DNA from: Vulcanimicrobiota bacterium
Lineage (GTDB): Bacteria > Vulcanimicrobiota > Vulcanimicrobiia > Vulcanimicrobiales > Vulcanimicrobiaceae
NCBI GenBank assembly: GCA_963714015.1
Contig: OY970223.1
Span: forward strand, 512,001-576,000
Direction of reading: 5' to 3'
DNA: 64,000 bases
Each line of letters begins with the position of its first letter. Position 1 is the first letter of the stretch. Under the pieces are notes generated by a model, which was given only the letters and a program-made list of their open reading frames with translations, had not been told where the DNA came from and did no database searches. Shown here piece after piece: positions 40,081-50,416 of this stretch. A program made the translations under genes and the position numbers.

Positions 40081-41126
40081 GCCGCTTCGGAATTCCAGAG
40101 CAAGTCCTGTGCGTGCCCGTCGGATCTCGCCACCAGCACGTCGCTTCCCCCGGGCCATAGCGTCATGGTCGTCTCGTACGAAAGGTTGAGCGCCGGCGGC
40201 TCCATGCGTACCCATGCGAACGGCGCTCGTTCGCTCGCGCGCGCGCCAATCTCCCGCACGTCGCGCTCGAGATCGCGCCGCTGCGCAGGAGTGAGGTGCT
40301 CGACCATGACGGTGTGCATGACGATCGTGGTGAAACCGGGCTTTGGAAGCGCGACCTCGGCCATCCATCGGATGCCGTCCGCTCGATCGATGCTGACGGG
40401 ATGCTCGCGCGCTATAGCGATTGCCCGCTCGACGCGGTCGAAGCGATCGCGCTGATCCGGCCATACGAAACTCAAGAGACGCGCAGCGTCCGAAGTTTTG
40501 CGCACGTCGAGCGGATGCACATCGCATCCGCGCCGCTCGACAACCTCGAGCGGCACTTCCAAATACGGAGGGGCGCCTTCGAGTGTCCGGTTGTTCAGCG
40601 TCAAACCGGAGTTTGCGCCGCCCCATGTCCACCCATCGCCGGTATGCCGGTAGCGGTCGAAGTTGAGCACGAGTCCGGCGCTCGAGCCGATTTCGAAGAT
40701 GCGCAGCGGCAGCTGCGTCAAACCGGCCACCCGCAGCACGGCGGCTAAGATCGGCGTCGCGCGCGCGACTTCATTCGTCTGAACGGTCAGCCGCAGTTGC
40801 TCTTCGTACTGCGCGAAGTGATGCTGCAAGTCGTCGGCGGTTGCGCGCCACGCGGCAGCAGGATCGCCGTCTCCGCCTGTGGATGGAAAGTGCGATGCAA
40901 GCGCCGGCGCAAGTTTGAGCAGCGCCCGGTAATGCGCAGCGCCGGCCAGCAGAAGTCCCGGTCTCGTGCGGTGAGCGTGACGGTCCAGCAGCCGGCGAAC
41001 GGCACCGCCCGATTCGTACGACGCTGCGGCATCGCGCAAGAGTGCGCCGTAGAACGGCGAGCCCATTGACGCGCAGGCCGCGGCTTGCAGCCGCAGGCGC
41101 TCCGCGATTCCGCCTTGCGCCTCCAT
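40077..41126 (-). CDS. DUF2332 family protein
   Basis: QAAAC..MGSPFY, VQTNEVAR, EIGSSAGL, LSFVWPDQ, HAQ. Confidence 0.85.
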   Translation of the reverse strand: MEAQGGIAERLRLQAAACASMGSPFYGALLRDAAASYESGGAVRRLLDRHAHRTRPGLLLAGAAHYRALLKLAPALASHFPSTGGDGDPAAAWRATADDLQHHFAQYEEQLRLTVQTNEVARATPILAAVLRVAGLTQLPLRIFEIGSSAGLVLNFDRYRHTGDGWTWGGANSGLTLNNRTLEGAPPYLEVPLEVVERRGCDVHPLDVRKTSDAARLLSFVWPDQRDRFDRVERAIAIAREHPVSIDRADGIRWMAEVALPKPGFTTIVMHTVMVEHLTPAQRRDLERDVREIGARASERAPFAWVRMEPPALNLSYETTMTLWPGGSDVLVARSDGHAQDLLWNSEAA

Positions 41127-41131
41127 TGAAA

Positions 41132-42298
41132 TTACGGATCCAAGTTGACGCGGCGGTGGCGGCCCACGTTCATAACCAGCGCTACGGCGACGAGGCATAC
41201 GATTAGCGAACTGCCGCCGAACGAAATGAACGGCAGCGGAACGCCGGTCACCGGCCAGGACGACGTAACCACGCCGATGTTCACGAATGCTTGAATGACG
41301 ATCATCGCCGTGCAGCCCCCGGCGAGAAAGAACCCGAAGCGATCCGGTGCGCTGATTGCGATGCGAATTGCGCGGTACGCGAATGCGATGAACAGCGCTA
41401 TCACCGCAACGGTGCCAAAAAGCCCGAGTTCCTCGCCGAGCACCGAAAAGATGAAGTCGGTATATTGCTCCGGCAAGTAAAAGAATTTGGCTCGTGACTC
41501 ACCTAGGCCGACGCCGAAGAGTCCGCCGCTGCCCAGCGCAAGCAGCGACTGCACGATATGAAATCCCGTGTTCTGCGCATCTTTCCAAGGATCCAAGAAG
41601 GCGAAGATGCGCGCGCGCTTGTAGGGGCTGGCCAGCACGGCGAAAAGAACCGGCGGCACCGTCGAGAGCGCGATCACGAAGAGATGCTCCAAACGTGCGC
41701 CGGCCGCAAAAAGCATCGCAAACGCCGTGAACACGATGAGGCTGGCGGTGCCCATGTCGGGTTCCAGAAAGATGAGAATGGCGAACGTCAGAACCACTAG
41801 GCAAAGCGGAAATAACCCGCGGCTGAGCGACGTGATGCGATCGCCCCGAATCGAAAGCGCGGCCGAAAGATACAGAACTATTCCAAGCTTGGCAAACTCC
41901 GAGGGCTGAACGGAGATTATCCCTGCTCCTATCCAACGGCGCGCGCCGTTCACTGCCACGCCCACGTGCGGTACCAAAACCGCGGTCAACGCCAGCCCGC
42001 ACGCCAGGATGGCGTAGGGTGCGATCGGCCGGAGCTTGCGGTAGTCGATGCGGTAGGCGAAGAACGCGGCCGCAAGCCCCACCGCGAGATAGACGAGCTG
42101 ACGTTTGACGTAGTAAGCAGTGTCGTGATGATCTGCATAAGCCTGCGCGCTGGAGGCGCTGAATATCATCGCAAGGCCGATCGCGACCAGACATGCCACC
42201 GATCCGAAGAGCACGACGTCCGGCGGCGCTGCGTGATATGAGCGGGGCTTTGAGCCGCTTTGGGACCGGCTTCCTCTGAGCGGCAGCGTGACGCTCAT
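41132..42298 (-). CDS. ftsW: SEDS peptidoglycan polymerase FtsW
   Basis: GARRWI, QPSEFAK, EPDMGT, LPEQYTDFIF, GVPLPFISFGGSS. Confidence 0.96.
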   Translation of the reverse strand: MSVTLPLRGSRSQSGSKPRSYHAAPPDVVLFGSVACLVAIGLAMIFSASSAQAYADHHDTAYYVKRQLVYLAVGLAAAFFAYRIDYRKLRPIAPYAILACGLALTAVLVPHVGVAVNGARRWIGAGIISVQPSEFAKLGIVLYLSAALSIRGDRITSLSRGLFPLCLVVLTFAILIFLEPDMGTASLIVFTAFAMLFAAGARLEHLFVIALSTVPPVLFAVLASPYKRARIFAFLDPWKDAQNTGFHIVQSLLALGSGGLFGVGLGESRAKFFYLPEQYTDFIFSVLGEELGLFGTVAVIALFIAFAYRAIRIAISAPDRFGFFLAGGCTAMIVIQAFVNIGVVTSSWPVTGVPLPFISFGGSSLIVCLVAVALVMNVGRHRRVNLDP

Positions 42299-43689
42299 AG
42301 TTCCGCAGGCTCCGGAAGCTCGTGCACGGCCGCACTAAATTGCCGGCCGCGGTCCTCGGCGGATTCGAACATGTCGAATGATGCGCACGCCGGCGAGAGC
42401 AGCACCATCCACCCCGGCTTTGCAAGCGAGAGCGCTCGGCGCACCGCGTCGGCCATGCTCTCCGCGTGCTCGATCGGCGTGCGGTAAACGTGCGAGGCGA
42501 TATCTTCCGCCGCCTCGCCGATGAGCACTAATGCCTCCACTCGTTCGTCGATGACCCGTCCGAGCTCGGTGAAGTCGGTATTTTTAGACTTGCCGCCGGC
42601 AATCAGCACACAGGGGCGATCGTAAGCGCGCAGTGCCGCGATCGCGGATCCCGGATTCGTCGCTTTTGAGTCGTCGACGAACAGCACCCCGCCGATCTCC
42701 ATGACTGATTGGAGCCGGTGCGCCATTGCGGAGAACGACTTCACGCCTTCGCGCAGCGCATGCGGTTCCACTCCCACGGCCAGCGCCGCAAGCAGTGCCG
42801 CCATAACGTTCTGCACGTTATGGCTTCCGGCCAGCGGAATCTCGCCGGTTCGAACGATCTCGATCGCCCGCGGGTCTCCGCTGAACGGCGTGAAGATCAC
42901 CGAGTCGCCACTCAGGTACATGGCTGCGCGCTCGTGGCGGGCGCCCAGCGTGAACCATAGTTGGCGCGCGTGCATGCGAGGCTCTCCCGAATGCCAGTCG
43001 AGCTGCGCAACGCGCTCGTCGTCGAGGTTGCCGACGAAAAAGTCTTGCTCGCTTTGGTTGGCAAAGATGCGGTATTTCGCTTCGGCATACTCGTCCATCG
43101 AGTAATAGCGGTCCAGGTGATCCGCAGAAATGTTCAGGATGACCGAGACGCGCGGCCGGAACGAGCGGATCGCTTCGAGTTGAAACGAGGAGACCTCGGC
43201 AACGACCCAGTCGCAGGGATGCGCTGCCGGCACTTCGCGTATCAGCGGATTTCCGATGTTCCCGCCGACGTGCACGGATCGCCCCGCCGCTTGCAGCAGA
43301 TGACCGATCAGCGAGGTCGTGGTCGATTTTCCCTTTGTTCCGGTCACTGCGACGATCGGCGCGCTGCAAAGCCGGTACGCCACTTCGATCTCGCTGAAAA
43401 CCGGAACGCCCGCATCCTGTACCGCGCGCACGAGCGCGCCGTTCAGCGGTACGCCCGGTGAAAGCACCGCCACGGTAAATCGGCCCAGCAGTGGAGCAAG
43501 TTCGGCCGGCGCTATGAACCGGGCACCGGTGCTCTCTATTGCCGATATGGCATCGCGCAGCTCCGCGGGCGCTTTCTCGTCTACCGCATACACCGCCGCG
43601 CCGCGGGCCCGCAGCACTTCCGCCGTAGCTTGGCCGCTGCGTCCGATGCCGATGACCAATATCGTGTCGCCGCCGCCGAAATTCTTCAT
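42295..43689 (-). CDS. murD: UDP-MurNAc-L-Ala--D-glutamate ligase
   Basis: GTKGKSTT, EVSSFQL, DDSKATN, LSPACASFD. Confidence 0.97.
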   Translation of the reverse strand: MKNFGGGDTILVIGIGRSGQATAEVLRARGAAVYAVDEKAPAELRDAISAIESTGARFIAPAELAPLLGRFTVAVLSPGVPLNGALVRAVQDAGVPVFSEIEVAYRLCSAPIVAVTGTKGKSTTTSLIGHLLQAAGRSVHVGGNIGNPLIREVPAAHPCDWVVAEVSSFQLEAIRSFRPRVSVILNISADHLDRYYSMDEYAEAKYRIFANQSEQDFFVGNLDDERVAQLDWHSGEPRMHARQLWFTLGARHERAAMYLSGDSVIFTPFSGDPRAIEIVRTGEIPLAGSHNVQNVMAALLAALAVGVEPHALREGVKSFSAMAHRLQSVMEIGGVLFVDDSKATNPGSAIAALRAYDRPCVLIAGGKSKNTDFTELGRVIDERVEALVLIGEAAEDIASHVYRTPIEHAESMADAVRRALSLAKPGWMVLLSPACASFDMFESAEDRGRQFSAAVHELPEPAEL

Positions 43690-44651
43690 ATTGCGATCGC
43701 CATTCCGATGGCGGATAGAACGATCGAAGCGAGCCAAAATCGGCCCGTGACTTTGGTTTCGGGCCAGCCTTCCAACTCGAAATGGTGGTGGAGCGGACTC
43801 ATGCGCAAGATGCGCTTTCCGCCGGTGCGCTTGAAATAAACAACCTGGACGATCACCGAGAGCGCTTCGATGACGAAGACGCCGCCGACTACGATCAGCA
43901 AGAGCATCTCACCGGTGAGTATAGCCAGTGAAGCGAGCAAAGCTCCCAGCGCCAGCGAACCGGTGTCGCCCATGAACATTTTAGCCGGATAGCGATTGTA
44001 GAGCAGCAGGAATGCCGCCGTTGCTCCAATCTCCAGCAGCGCCACTTGCGGCACGGCCGGAACGTAGAACCAGAATCCCAGCGCAGCAAAAACCGCCAGC
44101 GGCGGTATGACGGTGCCGGTGGCAAGTCCATCGAGGCCGTCAGTGAGATTCACGGCGTGAATCGTACCGGTGATCGCCAAGATTCCGAGCAACAGCCAAG
44201 CCCAGTGGGGAACCGCGAGCACGAAACTGCCGGCATGCAGAACGACGTCGCGCGGAAAAGTTCCGTAAGAAGACGAGATTGCGGTCAAAAAAATCACTGC
44301 CACGAGCGCCGTGAGTAAGTATTTGCTGCGCGCGCGCAATCCCCGGTTTTTACCGCGCAAAATTCCCAGTGCGTCGTCGGCCGCGCCGATTGCGGCGCAG
44401 GCAGCGACGAGAAAGAAGATCGTGCCGTCGAACGGTGCGTCGAGCGAGGCGAGCAACACGAAAAGCGGCGTCACGAAACAGAGCCCGCCCATCGTCGGAG
44501 TTCCCGTTTTACGCTGGTGCGTTTGCGGCGCGTCCTCGTAAGCATGTTGGCGCAGCCGGCGCCGCCGCAGCAGGGGCAGCAGAAGCGCGCCCGTCAAGGC
44601 GGCAATTGCGAATCCGGCGGCAACCCAGAGGCCGGCGAGCGTCCAAGTCAC
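43686..44651 (-). CDS. mraY: Phospho-MurNAc-pentapeptide transferase
   Basis: KTGTPTMGG, VNLTDGLDGL, FMGDTGS, PLHHHFE; GTG start. Confidence 0.96.
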   Translation of the reverse strand: MTWTLAGLWVAAGFAIAALTGALLLPLLRRRRLRQHAYEDAPQTHQRKTGTPTMGGLCFVTPLFVLLASLDAPFDGTIFFLVAACAAIGAADDALGILRGKNRGLRARSKYLLTALVAVIFLTAISSSYGTFPRDVVLHAGSFVLAVPHWAWLLLGILAITGTIHAVNLTDGLDGLATGTVIPPLAVFAALGFWFYVPAVPQVALLEIGATAAFLLLYNRYPAKMFMGDTGSLALGALLASLAILTGEMLLLIVVGGVFVIEALSVIVQVVYFKRTGGKRILRMSPLHHHFELEGWPETKVTGRFWLASIVLSAIGMAIAI

Positions 44652-45352
44652 TCCGCGGCCTCTTCGAGCAGCGGATTTAAGCCGGTGCCGCGCCATTTCA
44701 GGACGACAATCGGCGTCTGCTCGTCGCCGTTGCCGTGCGGATTCGAAAGAAGCGCAAGCTCGACGTTACGACGGTTCACCCCCGCGCTGGCGCCCAGAAC
44801 CTTCGCTTTCTCTAAATCATTGGCATCGACGACCGCGCAGCCGATGCCGGTGCGATCCAAGACCGACTGCGCCAAGGCGTCCGGATTCTGCGGCGCAAAA
44901 ACGATCATGCGTTCGAACGGCGGCAGCGTTCCGGTATATCCGTCGATCGCCGCAATCGCCTCGCCCAAAATTTCGTAGAACATTCCTCGCCGCCCCGCGA
45001 ACCGTCCAAGCACTTGCATCAGCGCGGCATAGAGTACTCTGCCGGGGCCGGCCTGATCGATAACGATCTGCAGCGACTCGGGCTGACTCACCGTCGCAAG
45101 CGGGCCCGCACGGCGCGAAAGATAGTAGGCGATGCGCGAAGGACGCACGTATTCTGCGCGAACGGCTTGGCCTTGGGCGATCGCCACCGCCGTTTCGGAA
45201 ATGGCGAGCACGTCGCCGGGGCGCGCGATACCGCTTGCGCTGCGCTCGACGAGCGTAATGAGGTCGTCGCCGGCTTGCACCAGCGGCGTGCGCACCGGAA
45301 TGGCAACCACTCCGCTCGGAAGCTCCGTCCGCGAGATTTGCAGGCGTTTCAT
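44648..45352 (-). CDS. CofE/F420-0:gamma-glutamyl ligase-like protein
   Basis: PVRTPLVQAGDDL, PGDVLAISETAVAIAQG, AIDGYTGTLPP, VVDANDL, NPHGNGDEQTPIV. Confidence 0.78.
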   Translation of the reverse strand: MKRLQISRTELPSGVVAIPVRTPLVQAGDDLITLVERSASGIARPGDVLAISETAVAIAQGQAVRAEYVRPSRIAYYLSRRAGPLATVSQPESLQIVIDQAGPGRVLYAALMQVLGRFAGRRGMFYEILGEAIAAIDGYTGTLPPFERMIVFAPQNPDALAQSVLDRTGIGCAVVDANDLEKAKVLGASAGVNRRNVELALLSNPHGNGDEQTPIVVLKWRGTGLNPLLEEAAE

Positions 45353-46734
45353 GCCGGCTCCGCCGCCCCAGGCACGCGCAAAGCGGCGACGATTTCTTCC
45401 ATCTTATATTTTCGGGAGCCCTTGAACAGGACGGCATCGCGCGGGCCCGTATGCTCGCGCAGCCAGCTCGCGGCTTCCTCGTTCGTCTCGAACCGCACGA
45501 TGCGATCCGCCGGCATCCCGGCGGCGACCGCGCCCGCGGCAATTGACGAGGCGTATTCACCCCCGACGAGGAGTGCGTCTACGCCGACTGCCGCTGCATG
45601 CGCACCCACGCGTTCGTGCAAAGCGGTCGAAAGCGGCCCCAGTTCCGCCATACTTGCGAGCACCGCGATGCGATGCTCGGCCGCTTCGGCAGAAAACGCA
45701 TTCAGCGCGGCGATCATTCCGCTCGCGTTGGCGTTGTACGCGTCGTATATCAAACGCGCTCCGTTTTCACCCGGAACGCTCTCATACCGCCCCGGCGGAA
45801 GCGTAAGGTGCGGAATCGCTTCGATCGCCGTGGATTTCGGCATGTCGAGGGCCAGTGCCGCAGCAACGGCCGCAGCCAAGTTTGCACGATTGTGGGCGCC
45901 GGGCAAGCGGACACGCGTCTCAAACTGCTGTTCGCGCCCCTGCAGTGTAACGATCAACGTCTGTTCGTTCGGGATCCACACGCCCGGACCGCAGGGTTTG
46001 CCGGTACCGAACCAGATCGGCGAGGTTCGCAGCAGCGGGGCGCGCAGCGCCGATTCCGTATCGCCTGCATTCAGCACTGCCTGCGCGCCGTTCGAGAACA
46101 GTCCCCATTTCGTACGCGCAAGGCGCTCGGCGGACCCGAAAATCTCCAGATGCGCCTCGCCGATATTCGTCAGCACGCCTACATGCGGGTGCGCAAGGGA
46201 GACCAGCTCCGCAATCTCGCCTTCGTGCCGCGCGCCCATCTCGATCACGGCTGCAGTATGACGAGATCGCAACTGCAGCAGCAGTTTGCTCACGCCGATC
46301 TCATTGTTTTCGTTCGCCGGCGTCGCCAGTACGCGGTCCTCACCGTAATACGCGATGAGCAGCTGCGCCAAGAGATGCTTGGTCGTGGTTTTGCCGGCGC
46401 TTCCCGTGATGGCGATGACGCGTCCGGCGTACGTGCTGCGCGCATCCGCCGCCAGCTGCATGTACGCGAGCTTTGTGTCGCCGACGATGAGCGCGCATAT
46501 ATCGGGCGGCAACATTGCCGGACCCTCGACGACGAACGCAGCGGCGCCCTTTCTGTGCGCTTCCTCGATGAACGCGTGACCGTCGTAACGCTCGCCTCGA
46601 AGCGCGAGAAACGTATCACCGGGGCAGATCGTCCGCGTGTCGGTAACGATGCGCAGTTCATTTGGAAACGCACCGCCGTTCACCACTTGCGCCGACGTGG
46701 CGGCAGCAGCTCGTTGCAGCGTTAAGCCATTCAC
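45349..46734 (-). CDS. murF: UDP-MurNAc-tripeptide--D-Ala-D-Ala ligase
   Basis: ITGSAGKTTTK, NNEIG, EMGA, DAYNAN, MAELG, KGSR. Confidence 0.96.
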   Translation of the reverse strand: MNGLTLQRAAAATSAQVVNGGAFPNELRIVTDTRTICPGDTFLALRGERYDGHAFIEEAHRKGAAAFVVEGPAMLPPDICALIVGDTKLAYMQLAADARSTYAGRVIAITGSAGKTTTKHLLAQLLIAYYGEDRVLATPANENNEIGVSKLLLQLRSRHTAAVIEMGARHEGEIAELVSLAHPHVGVLTNIGEAHLEIFGSAERLARTKWGLFSNGAQAVLNAGDTESALRAPLLRTSPIWFGTGKPCGPGVWIPNEQTLIVTLQGREQQFETRVRLPGAHNRANLAAAVAAALALDMPKSTAIEAIPHLTLPPGRYESVPGENGARLIYDAYNANASGMIAALNAFSAEAAEHRIAVLASMAELGPLSTALHERVGAHAAAVGVDALLVGGEYASSIAAGAVAAGMPADRIVRFETNEEAASWLREHTGPRDAVLFKGSRKYKMEEIVAALRVPGAAEPA

Positions 46735-48197
46735 AATTTCACCGTTCCGCGGCGCTGCAACGCTCCCCGAACGACTGCGACGTCGTCGAAAGGCAGAACA
46801 TGGGATCCGACGATTTGATAGCGCTCGTGGCCCTTTCCGGCAACCAAAATTGCATCCCCGGGCCTTGCTTCATTCACCGCCAACTCGATGGCGGCGCGGC
46901 GATCCGGTTCGACCGCATGCGGCGCTGTACCGATTGCCGGGAGAATATCGTCGATGATCGCGCCCGGATCTTCGGTGCGCGGATTGTCCGAGGTAACGAT
47001 CGCGAAATCGGCATAGCGCGCGGCCGCGGCTCCCATGAGGGCGCGTTTACCGCGATCGCGATCCCCGCCGCAGCCGAAAACGATGATGATCCGGCCGCGG
47101 GTTACTTCCCTAAGAGAGCGCAGCGCATTTTCAAGCGCGTCCGGCGTGTGTGCATAGTCGATGACGGCATCGACGCCGTCGCCGGGCACGTGCTCCATCC
47201 GTCCGCTGACGCGGGCGAGCGTTTCCAGTCCGGCGGCGGAATCGGCATCACCGATCCCTAGAGCGCGCGCCGACGCAATGGCACAAAGCGCATTGTACAC
47301 GTTGAAACGACCGGGAATGCGCACGCTGAACCGGCGCGCGTCTAAGGTGAACGCGCTTCCGTCGGCGCGCACCTCCAATTCCGAGGGGCGAACATCGGCG
47401 GCATTCTTGACAGCGTACGTCAGAACCGGTTTGCGGCTGCGCAATTCCCGCGACCAGCGATCTCCCAGTTCGTCGTCGACGTTGAAGATCGCATGCGGGG
47501 CTTGCTCGAACAACTGGTGCTTAGCCGCCGCATAGGCTTCGAACGTTTTGTGGAAGTCGAGATGGTCGCGCGTGACGTTCGTAAGCGCGCCGGCGTCGAA
47601 GTGAATGTCGGCGACGCGCTGCAGCGCAAGCGCATGCGAGCTGACCTCCATCGCGACGGCCTTCGCGCCTTGGCGGCGCATTTCCGCGAGCAGCGAATGG
47701 AGCTGCGGCGCAAGCGGCGTGGTGTTCTCCAGCGGCCGCTCGCTGCCGCCGAAGCGCGCGCCGATCGTTCCGATGGTTCCCGCAGGTATTCCGGCAGCAG
47801 TGAAAATAGCGGCGAGCATTTGCGTGGTCGTGGTTTTCCCGTTCGTGCCGGTAATGCCGGCAACGATCAGCGCACGCGAAGGGCTGCCGTAAAACACGTC
47901 GGCGATCTGAGAGACCGCCCGGGCCGAATCCGGAACGACGATCGCCGTTACGCCGGGCGGCACCTCACAATGCTCTTCCATGACGACCGCAACCGCACCG
48001 CGCTCCGCTGCCTGCGCGATGAAGCGGTGACCGTCGGTCTGTTCGCCGCGCAGCGCGACGAATAGCGCTCCCGGCCGGACTTCTCGGGAATCCGATGCTA
48101 GCGCCGTCACCTGTTTTGCGGTTTCGCCGACGACTCGTGTGTTCTGCGCAAGCGTGCGCAGCAGCGTTTCCAGCGCTACGCCTTGCTCCGGCTCCAT
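46731..48197 (-). CDS. murE: UDP-MurNAc-dipeptide--meso-diaminopimelate ligase
   Basis: GTNGKTT, MEVSSH, DHLDFH, DYAHTPD, DNPR (DAP-type), AGKGHE. Confidence 0.97.
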   Translation of the reverse strand: MEPEQGVALETLLRTLAQNTRVVGETAKQVTALASDSREVRPGALFVALRGEQTDGHRFIAQAAERGAVAVVMEEHCEVPPGVTAIVVPDSARAVSQIADVFYGSPSRALIVAGITGTNGKTTTTQMLAAIFTAAGIPAGTIGTIGARFGGSERPLENTTPLAPQLHSLLAEMRRQGAKAVAMEVSSHALALQRVADIHFDAGALTNVTRDHLDFHKTFEAYAAAKHQLFEQAPHAIFNVDDELGDRWSRELRSRKPVLTYAVKNAADVRPSELEVRADGSAFTLDARRFSVRIPGRFNVYNALCAIASARALGIGDADSAAGLETLARVSGRMEHVPGDGVDAVIDYAHTPDALENALRSLREVTRGRIIIVFGCGGDRDRGKRALMGAAAARYADFAIVTSDNPRTEDPGAIIDDILPAIGTAPHAVEPDRRAAIELAVNEARPGDAILVAGKGHERYQIVGSHVLPFDDVAVVRGALQRRGTVKL

Positions 48198-48199
48198 GG

Positions 48200-49966
48200 C
48201 TATCGGCTATTCTCCGCGAGCTTCGGCCGGACCAAGCGCGCCGGCGGATTTATTGCGGGGAGCACGCCCGCATGGAGCATCGCGGCCTTTGCGATTTCGA
48301 CGAAAGCCGGAGCCGCAACCTCGGAGCCGTAGATGGACCCGACCGGCCTTTCCACTTTGACGTAGATAACGTAGCGCGGACGTTGGTAGGGGATCATGCC
48401 GATGAAGGACGCTACGTACGCGCCCGGCTCGTAGATGCCGTTTACGGGAATCTGCGCGGTGCCGGTCTTTCCCGCAGTCGTATATCCGGCGATTTGCGCG
48501 GCGGGATTGCCCGTTCCGCGTACGACGACCGCTCGCAGAAAGGCTCTCAGCCGCGCCGCGGTGCGGGACGAGAAGACGCGGCGTTCGATTTCCGGTGGAT
48601 ATTGATAGATCTGATTGCCTTGCGGGTCGAGAACTGCGCGTAATACGCGCGGACGCATGAGCAGACCGCCGTTGGCAATCGCGCTGTAGAAGCGCGCCAT
48701 GGCGATCGGCGTCACTGAGACGCCTTGTCCGAATGCCATGGTCGCCAGCGAACTCCCGCTCCAGTCAGCCGGCGCCGGCACGATTCCGGGATTTTCTCCG
48801 GAGATGCCAATCTGCGTCGGATCGCCGAATCCCGCGCGGCGCTCCATCGCGTAGAACGTCGAGCCGCCGATCTTCATCGCCACTTGGGCCGCGCCGATGT
48901 TCAGCGAATCGGCAATGATCGTCTCGAGCGTATCGCCGCCGGGGCTTGGCGCCAGTCCGTCGACGGCGTTATAGATTTGACGCCCTCCGACGACAAGGGG
49001 GCCGGTCGAGAGAAATTTCTCGCCCAGCGAAACCTTGCCGCTTTCGATTGCGGCCGCGGCCGTTACGAGTTTGAAGGTCGAACCGGGTTCGTACGCGTCT
49101 TGAACGGCCCGGTCGCGCAAATCGCCGGCGGAGAACTTCCAATACTGATTCGGATCGAAGTGCGGCAGATTCGCCAGCGCGAGCACTTCGCCGGTGTTCG
49201 GATCCATTACGATTGCGGTGCCGCTTTCCGCGTGATATTCCTTGACCTGCTTGGCAAGCGACGATTCTGCGACGAATTGCAGATACGGATCGATCGTCAG
49301 TTCGAGTGAGAGGCCGGGTTTTGCGGGTTTGATCACGCGCTCGCGCCCGAAGGGAATCGGACGGCCGAATTCGTCGGTTTCCATCGTAACGCGGCCGGAC
49401 GTGCCTTTGAGCAGATCGTCGTACGTGTATTCCAGGCCGTCCAGCCCATTCTCGTCGATCCCGACAAAGCCCAGGAGCGTCGACGCACTTTTGCCGGCCA
49501 AATCGACTCGCCGTCCCGTGTCCTCTTCAATCAGCGAAATGCCGGGCAGATCCAGACTTTGCACTTTGACTGCGAGGTCGTGCGGAATCTTTCGCGCAAT
49601 CCAAACAAACTGCAGCGCCCGATCGTGCAGCAACTCGATCGTCGCTTTGTCGAGTTTGCCGACCAGCGGCTCGAGCTCGCGCACGGCGGCGTCGGGATCC
49701 GCCAGATCGTGCGGCACGCCGTACACACTTTCGGACGGAAGGGATTGCACCAGCACGTTACCGTCGCGATCGAGGATGCTCCCGCGGCGGGCAAAGACTT
49801 CGACCGTATCGCTGCGCTGTTCCAAAGCCTCTTTGGCGTAAAGCGGGCCTTTGAGCATCTGCACGTCGACCAGGCGCCACGACAAGTAGATGCCTACGGC
49901 CATCAGCACGTAAAAGAGCGTTTTCGCGCGCCGGGGTGCGACGCGCGAAAAGGTCCGCTTATGCAT
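48200..49966 (-). CDS. ftsI: Class B penicillin-binding protein (FtsI/SpoVD-like)
   Basis: RRGSILDRDG, EPGSTFK, SLN, KTGT. Confidence 0.9.
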   Translation of the reverse strand: MHKRTFSRVAPRRAKTLFYVLMAVGIYLSWRLVDVQMLKGPLYAKEALEQRSDTVEVFARRGSILDRDGNVLVQSLPSESVYGVPHDLADPDAAVRELEPLVGKLDKATIELLHDRALQFVWIARKIPHDLAVKVQSLDLPGISLIEEDTGRRVDLAGKSASTLLGFVGIDENGLDGLEYTYDDLLKGTSGRVTMETDEFGRPIPFGRERVIKPAKPGLSLELTIDPYLQFVAESSLAKQVKEYHAESGTAIVMDPNTGEVLALANLPHFDPNQYWKFSAGDLRDRAVQDAYEPGSTFKLVTAAAAIESGKVSLGEKFLSTGPLVVGGRQIYNAVDGLAPSPGGDTLETIIADSLNIGAAQVAMKIGGSTFYAMERRAGFGDPTQIGISGENPGIVPAPADWSGSSLATMAFGQGVSVTPIAMARFYSAIANGGLLMRPRVLRAVLDPQGNQIYQYPPEIERRVFSSRTAARLRAFLRAVVVRGTGNPAAQIAGYTTAGKTGTAQIPVNGIYEPGAYVASFIGMIPYQRPRYVIYVKVERPVGSIYGSEVAAPAFVEIAKAAMLHAGVLPAINPPARLVRPKLAENSR

Positions 49967-49972
49967 GGCGGA

Positions 49973-50413
49973 CTATTTCGCGCGCAGCAGGCTGGTCAAA
50001 CTGGAGAGGAAGGCCAAGTGCGATCCGTCTTCGCGTTTGACGCGCGCCGGAAGTGTGACGACGGCGAATTGCTGCGGATCGCTCATATGCAGCGACGAGG
50101 CCAGACGGGCGAGCCGATCGTCGGATTCGAGTTGGGCAAGCCGATCGTCCAAACGCGCGGCTTCGGCCTGTAAATCCGCTCGCTGACGTTCGGCGCGCGC
50201 CATGGCGTAATTGAGACTGGTAAGATGCGCGGTGAGCATGACGTATAGCATCGCGCAAGCAAGCCCGGCGAACAGCATTGCGCAAAACGAGCGCAGCGCC
50301 GAATAGCGGGCAAGGGCTTTGCGCCGCACTCGACGCTGGGTGGCCTGTTTGGCGGTGCGAACGTTGGAGATGCGCGGTTTGGGCTGAAGCGTTTGTGCAA
50401 GTTGTGCCGGCAT
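49973..50413 (-). CDS. FtsL-like cell division protein
   Basis: Basic N-terminus, one TM segment, coiled coil; lies between rsmH and the PBP gene. Confidence 0.7.
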   Translation of the reverse strand: MPAQLAQTLQPKPRISNVRTAKQATQRRVRRKALARYSALRSFCAMLFAGLACAMLYVMLTAHLTSLNYAMARAERQRADLQAEAARLDDRLAQLESDDRLARLASSLHMSDPQQFAVVTLPARVKREDGSHLAFLSSLTSLLRAK

Positions 50414-50416
50414 CGA

